Part shown: one piece after another, positions 1-10,258 of the stretch | Layout of the letters: each line of letters begins with the position of its first letter | Position numbering within the stretch: the stretch's first letter is position 1 | Assembly: GCA_964402555.1 (NCBI GenBank) | Contig: CAYOCT010000001.1 | Coordinates: forward strand, 204,049-268,048 | Direction of reading: 5' to 3' | Source of the DNA: an uncultured Nitrospiraceae bacterium | GTDB taxonomy: Bacteria; Hydrogenedentota; Hydrogenedentia; Hydrogenedentales; SLHB01 | Length of the DNA: 64,000 nt | The notes under the pieces: generated by a model | Database searches by the model: none | What the model saw: only the letters and a program-made list of their open reading frames with translations | What the model was told of the DNA's origin: nothing | Made by a program: the position numbers and the translations under genes

Positions 1-194
1 CCGCATGCCGGCGTGCGTTGCGTCTCAACACCTTGAGCTACAAGAGCGTCGAGTCGATCCTTGCCCGCGGCCTCGAGAACCAACCCTTGCCCGAATCCGC
101 CGCAGCGGCGCCGCCCATCGCGCACAAGAACCTGCGCGGACCTCAGTATTACCAACCCTCCAACGAGACGAAAGGAGAACCTGTACTGTGTTGA
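1..194 (+). CDS. istA: IS21-family transposase IstA, C-terminal fragment (5' end outside window)
   Basis: Frame-3 translation ...HKNLRGPQYYQPSNETKGEPVLC* reaches a stop at 192-194, 11 nt before the istB ATG. This is the typical IstA C-terminus. Confidence 0.55.
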   Translation, partial: ACRRALRLNTLSYKSVESILARGLENQPLPESAAAAPPIAHKNLRGPQYYQPSNETKGEPVLC

Positions 195-205
195 CGAACC
201 CCACC

Positions 206-943
206 ATGGAACGACTGGCCGAACTCAAGCTCACCGGGATGCTCAAAAGCTACCAGGAGCAATGCGAATCGACCCAGGCCGACGCGTTGACCTTCGACGA
301 ACGTTTCGGCCTGCTCGTCGATCGCGAACACGCCGAACGCTACAACCGAAGCCTCGCCGCCCGGCTACGCAAAGCCAAGTTGCGGTTCCCGGCCGCCCTC
401 GAGGACGTGGACTACCGCCAGCCCCGAGGCCTCGACAAGCGCCTGCTGTTGGCGCTCGCCTCGGGCGACTGGATACGCCGCCACCACAACTGCATCCTCA
501 CCGGACCCACCGGCGCAGGCAAGACCTACCTCGCCTGTGCGCTGGGCCATCAGGTCTGCCGCGAGGGATACACCGTGCGCTACCACCGCATCCCACGGCT
601 CTTCCAGGAACTCGCGCTCGCCAAAGGCGACGGACGCTACCCCAAACTCATGCGGGCGCTGGCCAAGGTCGACCTGCTGATCCTCGACGACTGGACGACG
701 GCGCTCCTGACGGACGAACAACGAAGAGACCTCTTCGAGATTACCGAGAACCGCTACGGCCGCTGCTCCACGCTCATCGCCGCCCAACTACCGCTCAACC
801 ACTGGCACGAACTCATCGGCGATCCCACCCTCGCCGACGCCATTCTTGACAGACTCGTGCATAACGCCCACACCATCGAACTGAAAGGAGATTCCATGCG
901 AAAGAAAAAGAACAGCTTGAACCCGACCCCAGACGCCGACTAA
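206..943 (+). CDS. istB: IS21-family helper ATPase IstB
   Basis: Walker A LTGPTGAGKTYLACALG and Walker B LLILDDW. ATG at 206 (MERLAELK...) lies inside the longer ORF 5..943. Confidence 0.85.
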   Translation: MERLAELKLTGMLKSYQEQCESTQADALTFDERFGLLVDREHAERYNRSLAARLRKAKLRFPAALEDVDYRQPRGLDKRLLLALASGDWIRRHHNCILTGPTGAGKTYLACALGHQVCREGYTVRYHRIPRLFQELALAKGDGRYPKLMRALAKVDLLILDDWTTALLTDEQRRDLFEITENRYGRCSTLIAAQLPLNHWHELIGDPTLADAILDRLVHNAHTIELKGDSMRKKKNSLNPTPDAD

Positions 944-1007
944 AGTTGAAACACCCGCGTCGCTTCGCTCCGACTCAACCGACCGAACGCGATGCCCCGG
1001 AATAAGG

Positions 1008-1094
1008 GATCACCTTCCTTCGGATGACGTGATCGCCTTCCTTCGGACCGGCTGATCCGCTTCCTGCGGATTACCCGATCACTTTCGCCGGAAT
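1008..1094 (+). repeat. Four direct repeats GATC(A/G)CCTTCCTTCGGA at the IS21 terminus
   Basis: Repeats at 1008-1025, 1031-1048, 1054-1072 and 1077-1094. Confidence 0.6.
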
Positions 1095-1095
1095 C

Positions 1096-2169
1096 CGCAA
1101 AAGCCTCGAGGCTGAAGTCCGCACGCTTGTCGACGCGATTGCGCCAGATTTGAAGAACAGCGTTGTACCCGAAGCAATTGAGGAATTGCAACGGCGGTCC
1201 GGAAACGACAAGGAGGCCGTAACGCAGCAGCGTGAAAATAGCAAACAACAGATAGAAGCCAAGAAACGACTGGATGGCGCTCACTCGACGCTGGCGGAAG
1301 CGAATCGCGTTCTGGCGCGACTGTGCCAAGACGCCGGGTGCGCCGAACCCGAACAACTGGACCAGATCGAACAGAAATCCACGGAACGGCGCCGGCTGAT
1401 GGCGGAGATCGAGCAACTGGAAGAAGCCCTGCAGGAGATCGCGAAAGGAATGCCATTGGAGAAGCTGGCTGAGGAAGCATCGGGCGTGGACGGCGATGCC
1501 CTTCCTGCGCTGATTAGCTCCGCTAATGAGAGGATCGAATCGTTGCGCGAAACAAAGGACCAAGAGAACCGGAACATTGGCCAGGTCACCGAGAAGATTG
1601 CGGCGTTGCAGGGCCGCTCGGGGGCGGCGCAGGCGGCCGAGACAGCCCAGGAATATCTCGCGCTGATCGAAGAGAAGTCCCGGCAATACATCAAGCTGAA
1701 ACTGGCATCAATAGTTTTGCGCGCCGAGGTCAAGAAGTACCAGACCATCAACCAAGGCCCGCTGATGGCCCGTGCGGGTGAGCTCTTTGCCCGCTTGACA
1801 CTCGGTTCGTTTACGAGTCTCAGTGTCGGCTACAGCGAAAAAGACGAACCCTACCTATTGGGGGTTCGGCCGTCTGAAGACACTGTACCAGTAGAAGGCA
1901 TGAGCGACGGGACGCGAGACCAGTTATACTTATCTTTGCGCCTTGCGACTCTGGAAAAGTTTCTGGACAACAGTGAGCCTATGCCGTTTATTGTAGACGA
2001 TATCTTGATTCGTTTTGACGACGAACGAGCAAAAGCAACCTTGGACGTTCTGGCGGAATTGGCGAAGAAAACTCAGGTGTTGTTCTTCACGCACCACGCT
2101 CGCCTGTTTGAGTTTGCCCAATCCCCGGGAATGGCGGGGAAGGTGCGTGCGTTGGCGCTGCAAAACTAG
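1096..2169 (+). pseudogene. YhaN/SbcC-like AAA ATPase, C-terminal half only, truncated by the IS21 insertion
   Basis: Coiled coil followed by the signature SDGTRDQLYLSLRLA and D-loop FIVDDILIRFDD. No N-terminal Walker A. The reading frame is open back to the IS end. Confidence 0.6.
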
Positions 2170-2205
2170 ATTGAAGGCCCCCAAAAAGTTATCAGTAAAC
2201 GCGCC

Positions 2206-3090
2206 CTACCATTGGCCGTCGGCAAATGCTTGTTCTATCCTGGTGTCACGTCGAAAGTCCTTGAGAAAGAGTTCCTCGACGTAATCTATAGGGATGTGAA
2301 TGCCCATGTATCCCTCGACGCCCTTCTTGAATCCTACGTTTAGGCCAAGCGTCGGATCGATGACTTCTCCGGTTTCGTCGACAAGCCAGGCGTGAGCCTC
2401 GACGATGTCCAAGACTGAGACGAAGCCCTCGTGATACTGAAGAGCCGGAATAAGCTTTGCGATTCGCTGACAGTTTTCAAAGCACAGTTGGCTTTCGCAA
2501 TCGTAGAATCTTGCGAACTCTCTGGATAAGCCCCATTTGACCGTTCTGAACTCACGGGCCACGTCAAGAAAGTGATCGCAAAGACGAATATTCTCACGCT
2601 CGTCCTGAATCTTCTCCATAAGTAGAACGTAGTGCCTGATGCTCTGCAAGGGTTCATGAGGCATGGCTTGTGGAGCCAAGGCGCTCGCGAACCTGCTTCT
2701 CGGCACATAGACAAAGCTCTGCGGAGGCTTGAAGCCGCGCGACACTCTAGCCAGGCGCAAGGGAACCTCCAACGGAGTCACTTCACCAAGAACCAGGGCT
2801 ATGCCCCGCGCGTTGCCGTCGAAATAGTCCATGAACTGGGCACGTTTGATGCCGGCTTTTTTGTGGTATCGTTTCCAGATAGTTTCAGGCGATGCCTCAT
2901 GTGTGTCCAAGACTTGGCAAAGAGCCACGATCTTACGTATTGGCGAGGTCGCGTAGAGGGCGATCATCTTGACAGGGCGTGTCATGCGCGTCTTTCGAAA
3001 TTCCACTCGTTTTTCGCCCCGCAGGATGGCGTTCGCAAATTCCGGATGTATCGATAGCAGGGCTATATCTTTAGTTTCGTTCGAAGCCAT
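2206..3090 (-). CDS. ASCH (PUA-like) domain fused to a transglutaminase-like cysteine protease domain
   Basis: ASCH motif GxKxxExR present as RGEKRVEFR. C-terminal Cys...His...Asp pattern CFENC ... EAHAWLVDETGEVIDPT resembles the transglutaminase core. Confidence 0.55.
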   Translation of the reverse strand: MASNETKDIALLSIHPEFANAILRGEKRVEFRKTRMTRPVKMIALYATSPIRKIVALCQVLDTHEASPETIWKRYHKKAGIKRAQFMDYFDGNARGIALVLGEVTPLEVPLRLARVSRGFKPPQSFVYVPRSRFASALAPQAMPHEPLQSIRHYVLLMEKIQDERENIRLCDHFLDVAREFRTVKWGLSREFARFYDCESQLCFENCQRIAKLIPALQYHEGFVSVLDIVEAHAWLVDETGEVIDPTLGLNVGFKKGVEGYMGIHIPIDYVEELFLKDFRRDTRIEQAFADGQW

Positions 3091-4532
3091 TCTGCGCCTT
3101 TCTTGCTTATCGCCATGATGGATTGTGGCGGCTTCACGAACACGGCATTGTCTTGGGCCTCTTTCGTGCTGATCGGTGGCTGCAGCACTAAGGCCTGTCT
3201 GAACAAGATGACCAGAACATCCTTCTTAGAGAGTTCTTGGATATCGGCCAGACTATAGACGGTTCGCTTGGCCACAAGTCGAGTGATCTCTTCCCAAGAT
3301 TTTGAGACAACGGCACGTTCCACGACGCCAATTGCGATGAGACCTTGGTGCTGCTGGGACCGATAGAACACAATGACGCTGCCCGGCTCAATTGTCCGAA
3401 TCGAAGAATGGCAGAGGTACGCCTTGCGAATCGCGCTGCCGAATGGGTGCTCTCCATGGAAAAGATCACCTTGTACAGCGGACTCGGGGAAGAGTAGTCG
3501 CGCGAACCCCGGCTGAATGGGAACAAGAAAAGTTCGCCCCTCAGCCATCTCAAGATAGTGTGGGCCGTATCTTACGTGACGCTGAAGCCCATCAAGTTGA
3601 CCAGTCTCCGCAGCAACAACCTGCATAGGCTTCGCGAGAATCAGTTCGCCCAACTCTGTCTTAGAAGGCACGTCTTGAAATCCGCATTCTCGAAGAAGAT
3701 CCAATAGCTCGTCATGCTTTCGGAAGACGGTAACAAAGAGCCAATCGAACCAATTGCCACAGGAGTATTCGAAGACTGTTTTCAAGAGCAGTTCGCCGTA
3801 CTTCAATCCCTGAAAACGCTCTGCCACCTTGAACGAACACACTTTCAAGACCTTACCCGTCAAGGGCGCAGGTGGCTCGCTCTCGTGCTTGATAATGCAG
3901 AAAGCAGCAATTCCCTCCGAATCACCGGGCACGAACCAAGCCTGACGCTGCTGCCGCTTGCACTTCACGAGCCACTTGTCGAAATCCGCGTAATCCTGTC
4001 GGAAGGTCTCAAAGATAGTATCGTTGGCATCGAGAGCGTGAACAAGTGTAGCCTCCACGACGGGCGGCGGACTGGACGGCTTGGCCGCGAGGTCCTCAAT
4101 CACCTGGATGCTATCGAGCAGGCTGAGGGTACGGTCGGACAATCCAAGCCGCTTTGCTTTTCGTTGCAACCCCACGTCTTGCGTGACCAACCAATCGACG
4201 GCGTCAGCACGAAGGGCCGCCAGCATCAGATTGTCAATGTAATCGTTGCTGCCAGCTAACGCCTTTCCAACGATGCGTTCCACCTCGTCAGGGATAGCTG
4301 GCGGGTGCGGTAATTCGGCGTACTTCTTAAGCAACTGCACGCGAAGTGTGCGACGGTCTCCGTCCTTGTCTTTTGAAAGATCGACGAGGGAGGCCGGGTG
4401 CACGCATATCTGGTGTGCGTTTTCCGAAATAAGGCGAACGAAACGGACCGCGGGCTCTGTTGTCGCCTCAACATCGGCAGGCGATGTCGGTTCAAGCGGA
4501 ATCAGGATATTTGTGTCAACGAGGAATTTCAC
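3063..4532 (-). CDS. PIN-domain protein with a C-terminal alpha/beta domain of unknown function
   Basis: N-terminus MKFLVDTNILIP (PIN-like). GTG start preceded by AAGGTGG. Overlaps both neighbours. Confidence 0.5.
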   Translation of the reverse strand: MKFLVDTNILIPLEPTSPADVEATTEPAVRFVRLISENAHQICVHPASLVDLSKDKDGDRRTLRVQLLKKYAELPHPPAIPDEVERIVGKALAGSNDYIDNLMLAALRADAVDWLVTQDVGLQRKAKRLGLSDRTLSLLDSIQVIEDLAAKPSSPPPVVEATLVHALDANDTIFETFRQDYADFDKWLVKCKRQQRQAWFVPGDSEGIAAFCIIKHESEPPAPLTGKVLKVCSFKVAERFQGLKYGELLLKTVFEYSCGNWFDWLFVTVFRKHDELLDLLRECGFQDVPSKTELGELILAKPMQVVAAETGQLDGLQRHVRYGPHYLEMAEGRTFLVPIQPGFARLLFPESAVQGDLFHGEHPFGSAIRKAYLCHSSIRTIEPGSVIVFYRSQQHQGLIAIGVVERAVVSKSWEEITRLVAKRTVYSLADIQELSKKDVLVILFRQALVLQPPISTKEAQDNAVFVKPPQSIMAISKKGAEWLRTKLKI

Positions 4533-5151
4533 ACGCCACCTTGAACTTGCTGATGTCGATCACCCGCGCACCAAGAGCGATGAGATGAGAGTTGGAGGTG
4601 GATTCCATAGTGTAGAGCGTCTTGCGGGCCGCCAGGATTTCGCGGCACAGGGATTCGACTTCGCCGCCAAGTGAGGCGTGAGGAACGAGAACTTCATTGG
4701 CGATGGCTGCTATGAATGCATTGCGTTGACGGGCCGTATCTTTGGTCACTCGTCGCACGTTGGAGTCGAAAGGCGACAACAACAGTAAGCGGCCATCCGC
4801 AATTGGCGCGCGCCATTCGGTCGGAACGCGCATATCTTGGATGGATCGGGCGGGACACACGATCACGGCTTGTTTCCCGCGGAGCAGTAGGTCGAGGCAT
4901 TCCTTTTCCATGGGTGAGTGGAAGCCGCCGATCACCGTCACGCCGGCGTCACGCAGCGCGCGGGCGGTGTCGTAGGTCTTCAGGACGAGGTCTCCGGGGC
5001 ATTTCACGGAACAAAGCAGTCCCAGCATCTTCCCCTGAAGGATGGCGATGTTGCCAAGAGCATCAATGAATTCAGGGGCAGCCAAGCCCGCAGAACCCTT
5101 CAACGCGTGCGGGTAATGGGAATCGCCTTTCAGGATTCGCCGAGTCTCCAT
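4516..5151 (-). CDS. DprA/Smf-like SLOG-superfamily Rossmann-fold protein (short form)
   Basis: VIGGFHSPMEKE, AVIVCPARS and LLLLSPF segments resemble the DprA/LOG-type Rossmann core. Confidence 0.45.
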   Translation of the reverse strand: METRRILKGDSHYPHALKGSAGLAAPEFIDALGNIAILQGKMLGLLCSVKCPGDLVLKTYDTARALRDAGVTVIGGFHSPMEKECLDLLLRGKQAVIVCPARSIQDMRVPTEWRAPIADGRLLLLSPFDSNVRRVTKDTARQRNAFIAAIANEVLVPHASLGGEVESLCREILAARKTLYTMESTSNSHLIALGARVIDISKFKVACEIPR

Positions 5152-5307
5152 GATTCCTGCCTATCCGGAATGTGTCATCGTCATGTCGCGCCACCAGTTC
5201 GCGAAGACGGCAGATCAGATCCTGTGGGTGGCACATTATCGAGCGGCCTGATATCGAGCAGGCTGGCAATGAGGCTGCTCGATAATGCATCGAGGCTGCT
5301 CGATATC

Positions 5308-6954
5308 TTAAGTGGTTCGCACATAACGTCTTCCGCGTTTAGAACCTTCTGCTTTCAGCCACCCGGACTCAATGAGTCGTTGGGCTATCCGGTTCGCGCT
5401 AAACGGCGAGACGCTGAGAATCTCGCGAATATCCTGGTTCGTTACAAACCCTTTGTCAGCAAGAATAGGCACCAAAGCCACGTATTCAGGCGGTTTTTCC
5501 GCTGGCCCTCTCGACCCCGGAGATGCTACGAGCTCGTAAACACGGCCGCCTTTCTTGGGCAGTTTGACGACGCCTTTGCGGATAAGGTCTTTGATCTCGC
5601 GCGATGCCGTGTAGAGGTCCGCGCCCACCAAACCTTGGTAGTCGCGGCTGGTGAACGCATTCGAATGTTCTCTCGCATAGGCCAGGATACGTTTCTGATT
5701 GCCGTTCAGGTCCAGATGCCTGAGCTCCCCGAGCCACCGCAGCGTGTCCTGCCGGTACGCCACTGTGTTCCGGAGCGTGACAGTGAATATGGCGCCCGCT
5801 TCGAGCCGGATCTCCGGCGGATAGAGCCCCTCACGTTCCATCGCCTCGAAAATACGGGGGATTCCCTCGCCCTGTTCGCGCATATAGCCGAAGTCGGTCA
5901 ACACGCGAACAATCCGGGGATTCCGCGACGCGTGAATCCGTTCCCGTTTCAGCAGACGGTCCAGCGTGACAGGCTCAACCAGTTCCCCTGGACTCCGGAT
6001 CTCCAGCCGGTCGTCGAACATCCAGACCTCGATGCCCAGGCCCTCGTACCGGTAATCCCGGTGTGCCACGGCATTGACGATGGCTTCCTGCCAGGCAAAT
6101 GACGGGTACTCCAGCCGTTCCTCGAAGAAGAGGTCCACCAAACGTTGGCGTTCCCGCACGTGCGGCCGAATGGTCTCGTATGCCTTCTCGATGAGAAGCG
6201 CCAGCGGCGCCTCAATCCGTTCGCGCTTGACGATGTTGAGTTCGGCGCCCACCCGGCGCTCGGCCCCTTCGTACTTCACGAAGTCGATGCCACACCGTGG
6301 GTGCCACCGTCCGGGGTCCTTGCCAAAGAGCAGCAGCGCCGCAAACGTCAATGCCGTCTTACCGTTGCGCCCTTCCGTGAGGCGATATCGCGAAAGGAGG
6401 TCTTGTGGCGAAGCCTGAACCCCCAGACGTTCCGCCAACCTGTTCACGAGCGTCAGGTCGAGATCGCCAAGCGTCGCTTCAGAGACGAACCGCGTTTCGG
6501 TCACGCGCCGGCGTTTCCCTTCCTTCATCGCTTCGATGTCGCGAGCCGGAAACGGAACGTTCTCATCGTCAACGCGCAGCAGATACCGGCCGTCCGTCAG
6601 TTGATGGACATCCATACTCCAGTCCACCTCGAACACCAGCACCGGTTTGCCTTCCAGCTTACCTTCGTGGACCCGAGGGCGAAGCGACGGACGAACGTGC
6701 GTCTTGGGGGCCGATTTCAAGACCTTAAGCCGGTCTTCGGGGAAATCCGCGCCGGACACCGTGCCGTCATCTTCGACGCCGACAACCAGTGCCCCGCCAT
6801 CCGCGTTGGCCATGGCCGTCAAAGTCTCCGCTATGTCCCGCGCCACATCGCGGGCGGCCCGGCGTTTCGGCCTATGGCCTGACCGGTCAAGACAGCTCTT
6901 CCGTTCAAAAAACTGGCCTTCCGTCTGATGAACAATCCAACCAAGCTCGTTCAA
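5308..6954 (-). CDS. Schlafen-like AlbA_2 (divergent AAA) plus HATPase_c_4 putative regulator with C-terminal wHTH
   Basis: N-terminus MNELGWIVHQTEGQFFERKS. C-terminus RILAYAREHS...KKGGRVYELV is typical of this family. Confidence 0.7.
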   Translation of the reverse strand: MNELGWIVHQTEGQFFERKSCLDRSGHRPKRRAARDVARDIAETLTAMANADGGALVVGVEDDGTVSGADFPEDRLKVLKSAPKTHVRPSLRPRVHEGKLEGKPVLVFEVDWSMDVHQLTDGRYLLRVDDENVPFPARDIEAMKEGKRRRVTETRFVSEATLGDLDLTLVNRLAERLGVQASPQDLLSRYRLTEGRNGKTALTFAALLLFGKDPGRWHPRCGIDFVKYEGAERRVGAELNIVKRERIEAPLALLIEKAYETIRPHVRERQRLVDLFFEERLEYPSFAWQEAIVNAVAHRDYRYEGLGIEVWMFDDRLEIRSPGELVEPVTLDRLLKRERIHASRNPRIVRVLTDFGYMREQGEGIPRIFEAMEREGLYPPEIRLEAGAIFTVTLRNTVAYRQDTLRWLGELRHLDLNGNQKRILAYAREHSNAFTSRDYQGLVGADLYTASREIKDLIRKGVVKLPKKGGRVYELVASPGSRGPAEKPPEYVALVPILADKGFVTNQDIREILSVSPFSANRIAQRLIESGWLKAEGSKRGRRYVRTT

Positions 6955-6979
6955 AGCGATCTATCTCCCGCTGGTGGTT

Positions 6980-8044
6980 TCACTTTCCTTCCCTTAATAC
7001 CTTCTCGTATTGACCAGGTTTCTTCATCTCTGCAATGAGGAACTTTTTCCATGATTCCGTGTAGACGTAGTCTCGATGGGCTTCATCGTATTGACAGAAC
7101 TGCGTATTCGTTGCTCGAGGATCGCCATTTCCCGTTCGGGGACGAACCTTATAGAATTGACAGGCGCGGACGTGGTGATAACTGGCGTTGAACTTCACGC
7201 TGACGCCCCCAACCTGTTGCACGATCGGTTCGACGGCCCTGCAGATGTCACCCGGCCTCAGACCTCCCGGATTAACTACCTGTGTGACAGATGGCTTAAT
7301 GAAGGCAACCAGTTTTTCGTACTTCGCCATCTCCTGCGGATTCGACGGGTCATATTTCACGAATTCCACGGCAATGTCGGCCTGCCCGGGATTGTTGGCC
7401 AGTTTCGGGATCAAGAAGACTTTGTAACTGTACCTCATGTCGTTGAGGATTTCCGTCCCGAGACCGGATCGAAACCGCGTGACGTACTGAGCCACGTTCT
7501 CTGAAAGCGAGCCGTGAAGTCGCGCAATCGCCTTTGCTTGGCCGTCTTCCCGCAAGTGCGAGAATTGAAGGGCTAGAGCGGGCGCTTCGTGAAGCATGTA
7601 TTTCGCCCCGAACTCGCGAAAGAGGGTGTCCTCGAAGTTGAAAAGAAGAGCCTGGCATTCCCCAAATATGCCCTGATCGAGCGCGGGCATCGATCGATGC
7701 TCAATCTTGTTCCTCAAACCAACGAAGAACTGGAGGTTCGCGCGTTCCGGCGGGTGGTTACTTGCGAAATACTGATCGATGCACTCGCCTAGTTCCCACG
7801 CCTTGTAGTCCCCGTCAATCTTCTTGTATCGACTAGGATGCAGTGGATCTTTGTAAAAAGGTTTGACCTTTCGAGCGAAGAAGATGGCGTGGAAGAGGCT
7901 GGTCCAGGCAATACACATAAGCACAATGAAGCCGCCGGACCTGAACTTCGTGGCTGGCTTGTTGTACACCTCCACTGCAAGCACCGCCGATTCGCGCGCT
8001 TTTTCCACGTGTTCCTTGACGACTGCCGGTAAACCTTTGGGCAT
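6980..8044 (-). CDS. Hypothetical protein (possibly DUF3644-like N-terminus)
   Basis: 354-aa ORF with uniform coding signal. No firm motif. Confidence 0.45.
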   Translation of the reverse strand: MPKGLPAVVKEHVEKARESAVLAVEVYNKPATKFRSGGFIVLMCIAWTSLFHAIFFARKVKPFYKDPLHPSRYKKIDGDYKAWELGECIDQYFASNHPPERANLQFFVGLRNKIEHRSMPALDQGIFGECQALLFNFEDTLFREFGAKYMLHEAPALALQFSHLREDGQAKAIARLHGSLSENVAQYVTRFRSGLGTEILNDMRYSYKVFLIPKLANNPGQADIAVEFVKYDPSNPQEMAKYEKLVAFIKPSVTQVVNPGGLRPGDICRAVEPIVQQVGGVSVKFNASYHHVRACQFYKVRPRTGNGDPRATNTQFCQYDEAHRDYVYTESWKKFLIAEMKKPGQYEKVLREGK

Positions 8045-8290
8045 GCCTTACGCTCCCGCACCCGGGCTATTACCATTGGAAAAGACTTTCCGAAGATAGA
8101 TGTTCGCAGAAACAAAGGTCCGAGGATCGCGTTTCATCCTCCGTATCCGTGTCGTTTTTGCGGCCGTCATTAACGTAGCCTCTTGTCCCATCAGGTGCTT
8201 GATGTTGTAGTTGATGATACGGTCCAGTTCTTTGTCCGTAAAATCATTGTGTTCGACAAAAATGTAGTCGATTCTATCGAGCCCAAAAAC

Positions 8291-10258
8291 TCAATACCTT
8301 CTTGTTCCCCTTTCGTGCAAATTAATACTGGAAACCAAATTCCCGGTAAACCCCCAGCTTCTTCCCAGTTCCGCAACCGCTAAAGTCCATTCCTCGTCGG
8401 CGGGTAGCTCCTCATCGCGCCAAGTGAGGCTATAGAAGACTCCTGCGCATATTTCTGCGATCAGTTCCCTGAATTCTTCTTCGGAAAAGTTCCTGATTTT
8501 GTCGCGGTTGATCCAAATTTTATGTCCGCTTTCTTCAATCGCAGCAGTCTGGAACTCCCCAGGCGGCAAAAAGTCTATCTGTCGGAATCCCTCCGGAAGG
8601 ACAGGCGGCACAAAACCTACGTATTGATAATCAGACAGTATCATTCTGGGGCCACGACTCCCCCAATAATACAAAAGCCCTCGGAGCACATCGTCTTTCA
8701 AAGACGCAATTGTAGAACAGATCCACCCCAAGTAAGTCTTGTCCTGGTCACTATGGATGTTACCATAGAACCGGAGCATGAACTTATCGCCATAATTAAT
8801 CGAAATCTCCGTGTCCATGCAGCGCTCGCTGCTGTATTGCGTCCCTTCTCCTGCGGCTTCCGGCTCTAGCTCGAAATCTGGCCGCGCGGCATCGTCGTAC
8901 ATGCCAAGATATGGCTTGAGATATCGTTCACCGTAGACTTCGTTCAGCAGCATGGCGTGTTCCGGACTTGTGCTGCTCTCGATCTCGTCCAAATGTCCGA
9001 GGAAATCGTCCTTGTTCCGAAGAGAATAGATGCGCGTTCCATAATCACTGAGGACATCACGCATGAGGCTGTCGCTCAGTATTCCATGGCTTTCCTTGTC
9101 CAAAAACATCGCGTCGCAATACGGCAGGAATGTTTCAATGAAGCGGACGTCGTTGTGAAGACCTCTGGTCGGCAGACGCCTCTGGCCGGCGTGTGCGGCC
9201 CTGTTCGCGACAGTGGCCCAGATCATGGAACCGATTTTCACAAAGGGGAGCGAGGCAAAATGCTCAGACTGGAGAAACTCCCAGGCCTTCGGGAGCCACT
9301 CGTCCTCGCCAAGTCCCTTCTTCATCAAAGCGTCGCGGAACCGCATCATCACGCCGGCCTCATGTGTAGGCAGAAAAGCTGCGGCGGCACTCAGACTAAC
9401 TTGTTGAGTGCTGATTATCTCCGCTTGTGCCTTGGCCATCTCGCTGAATTGCCGAAATAGGCCTCGGAGATAGTTCTTGCCGGCGCCACCTGTTTCTTCA
9501 CGTACCCAAAAATCGAACGACTTATCCTGATCGCGCTGCCACTGCTCGAATACGGTTCGAAGCTCTTCGGCAACAGCGTCACGTGCCTCGCGCAGTTCCT
9601 TGATAGCGTCTGGAGACCATCGAAAACTCGATGAGACATTGAAGTGGTCTGTCCACCCCGTGCGATCCCCATGCAGAAAATCATCCCTGCCAAATCTGCT
9701 CTTCTGAGGTCCATGCCCAGCCAGCCAGTGTTCGAACGCCTCCGTAATGAGCCAACTGTGAATCGTCTCCGTGTCAAACCACGTTACGCCATAGCTAAGC
9801 AGCTCGTATGTCCCCTTCAGCGCATTGTATAAACTGCTGGTAGCCGACTCCGAATCGTGGAGATCAGAACTAGGGCACACCAGTAACTGCTTTTTCCCCA
9901 ACAGGTCAAGGCGCGCGAATACCTCTCTGAAGAAGGCCTCATTAGGATTTCGTCCGTGCTGCTTTGTCGCAGAATTCAGCGCGAACATCATGTTGCTTAT
10001 CACGAATTGGTCGAGGTACAGGACCTTCTTGTCAAGCTTCGGCAAACGGGTTGGCTCGTACCACTCCGGATGGGTCGGGTAAAGGCAATTTCGACACCGT
10101 CGGGAGTACTGGTGACCGGCAATGCAAATTACCCCAAAGACATCCTCGCCGCACTTCGGACACCGGATATAAGGAGGATTTACAAAATCGTTCGGCCGAA
10201 TGGTTACATATGCGGCGTCATCTGACGGTCCGCCTGTTACTTCTTCCGGGGGTGTCAT
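8291..10258 (-). CDS. Hypothetical 655-aa protein with N-terminal Zn-ribbon
   Basis: CPKCGEDV...C...CRNC cluster. Start overlaps the methyltransferase stop by 4 bp. Confidence 0.55.
   Translation of the reverse strand: MTPPEEVTGGPSDDAAYVTIRPNDFVNPPYIRCPKCGEDVFGVICIAGHQYSRRCRNCLYPTHPEWYEPTRLPKLDKKVLYLDQFVISNMMFALNSATKQHGRNPNEAFFREVFARLDLLGKKQLLVCPSSDLHDSESATSSLYNALKGTYELLSYGVTWFDTETIHSWLITEAFEHWLAGHGPQKSRFGRDDFLHGDRTGWTDHFNVSSSFRWSPDAIKELREARDAVAEELRTVFEQWQRDQDKSFDFWVREETGGAGKNYLRGLFRQFSEMAKAQAEIISTQQVSLSAAAAFLPTHEAGVMMRFRDALMKKGLGEDEWLPKAWEFLQSEHFASLPFVKIGSMIWATVANRAAHAGQRRLPTRGLHNDVRFIETFLPYCDAMFLDKESHGILSDSLMRDVLSDYGTRIYSLRNKDDFLGHLDEIESSTSPEHAMLLNEVYGERYLKPYLGMYDDAARPDFELEPEAAGEGTQYSSERCMDTEISINYGDKFMLRFYGNIHSDQDKTYLGWICSTIASLKDDVLRGLLYYWGSRGPRMILSDYQYVGFVPPVLPEGFRQIDFLPPGEFQTAAIEESGHKIWINRDKIRNFSEEEFRELIAEICAGVFYSLTWRDEELPADEEWTLAVAELGRSWGFTGNLVSSINLHERGTRRY

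Larger units (their letters stand above)
1..1095 (+). mobile_element. IS21-family insertion sequence, right portion with terminus
   Basis: istA-istB gene pair followed by four ~18-bp direct repeats (IstA-binding-like). The target gene is disrupted immediately downstream. Confidence 0.7.

Noticed and set aside
5-205. N-terminal extension of the istB ORF (5..943 as one 312-aa protein)
   Set aside because: IstB homologs start at MERLAELK (ATG at 206). The upstream part is the overlapping end of istA in another frame.
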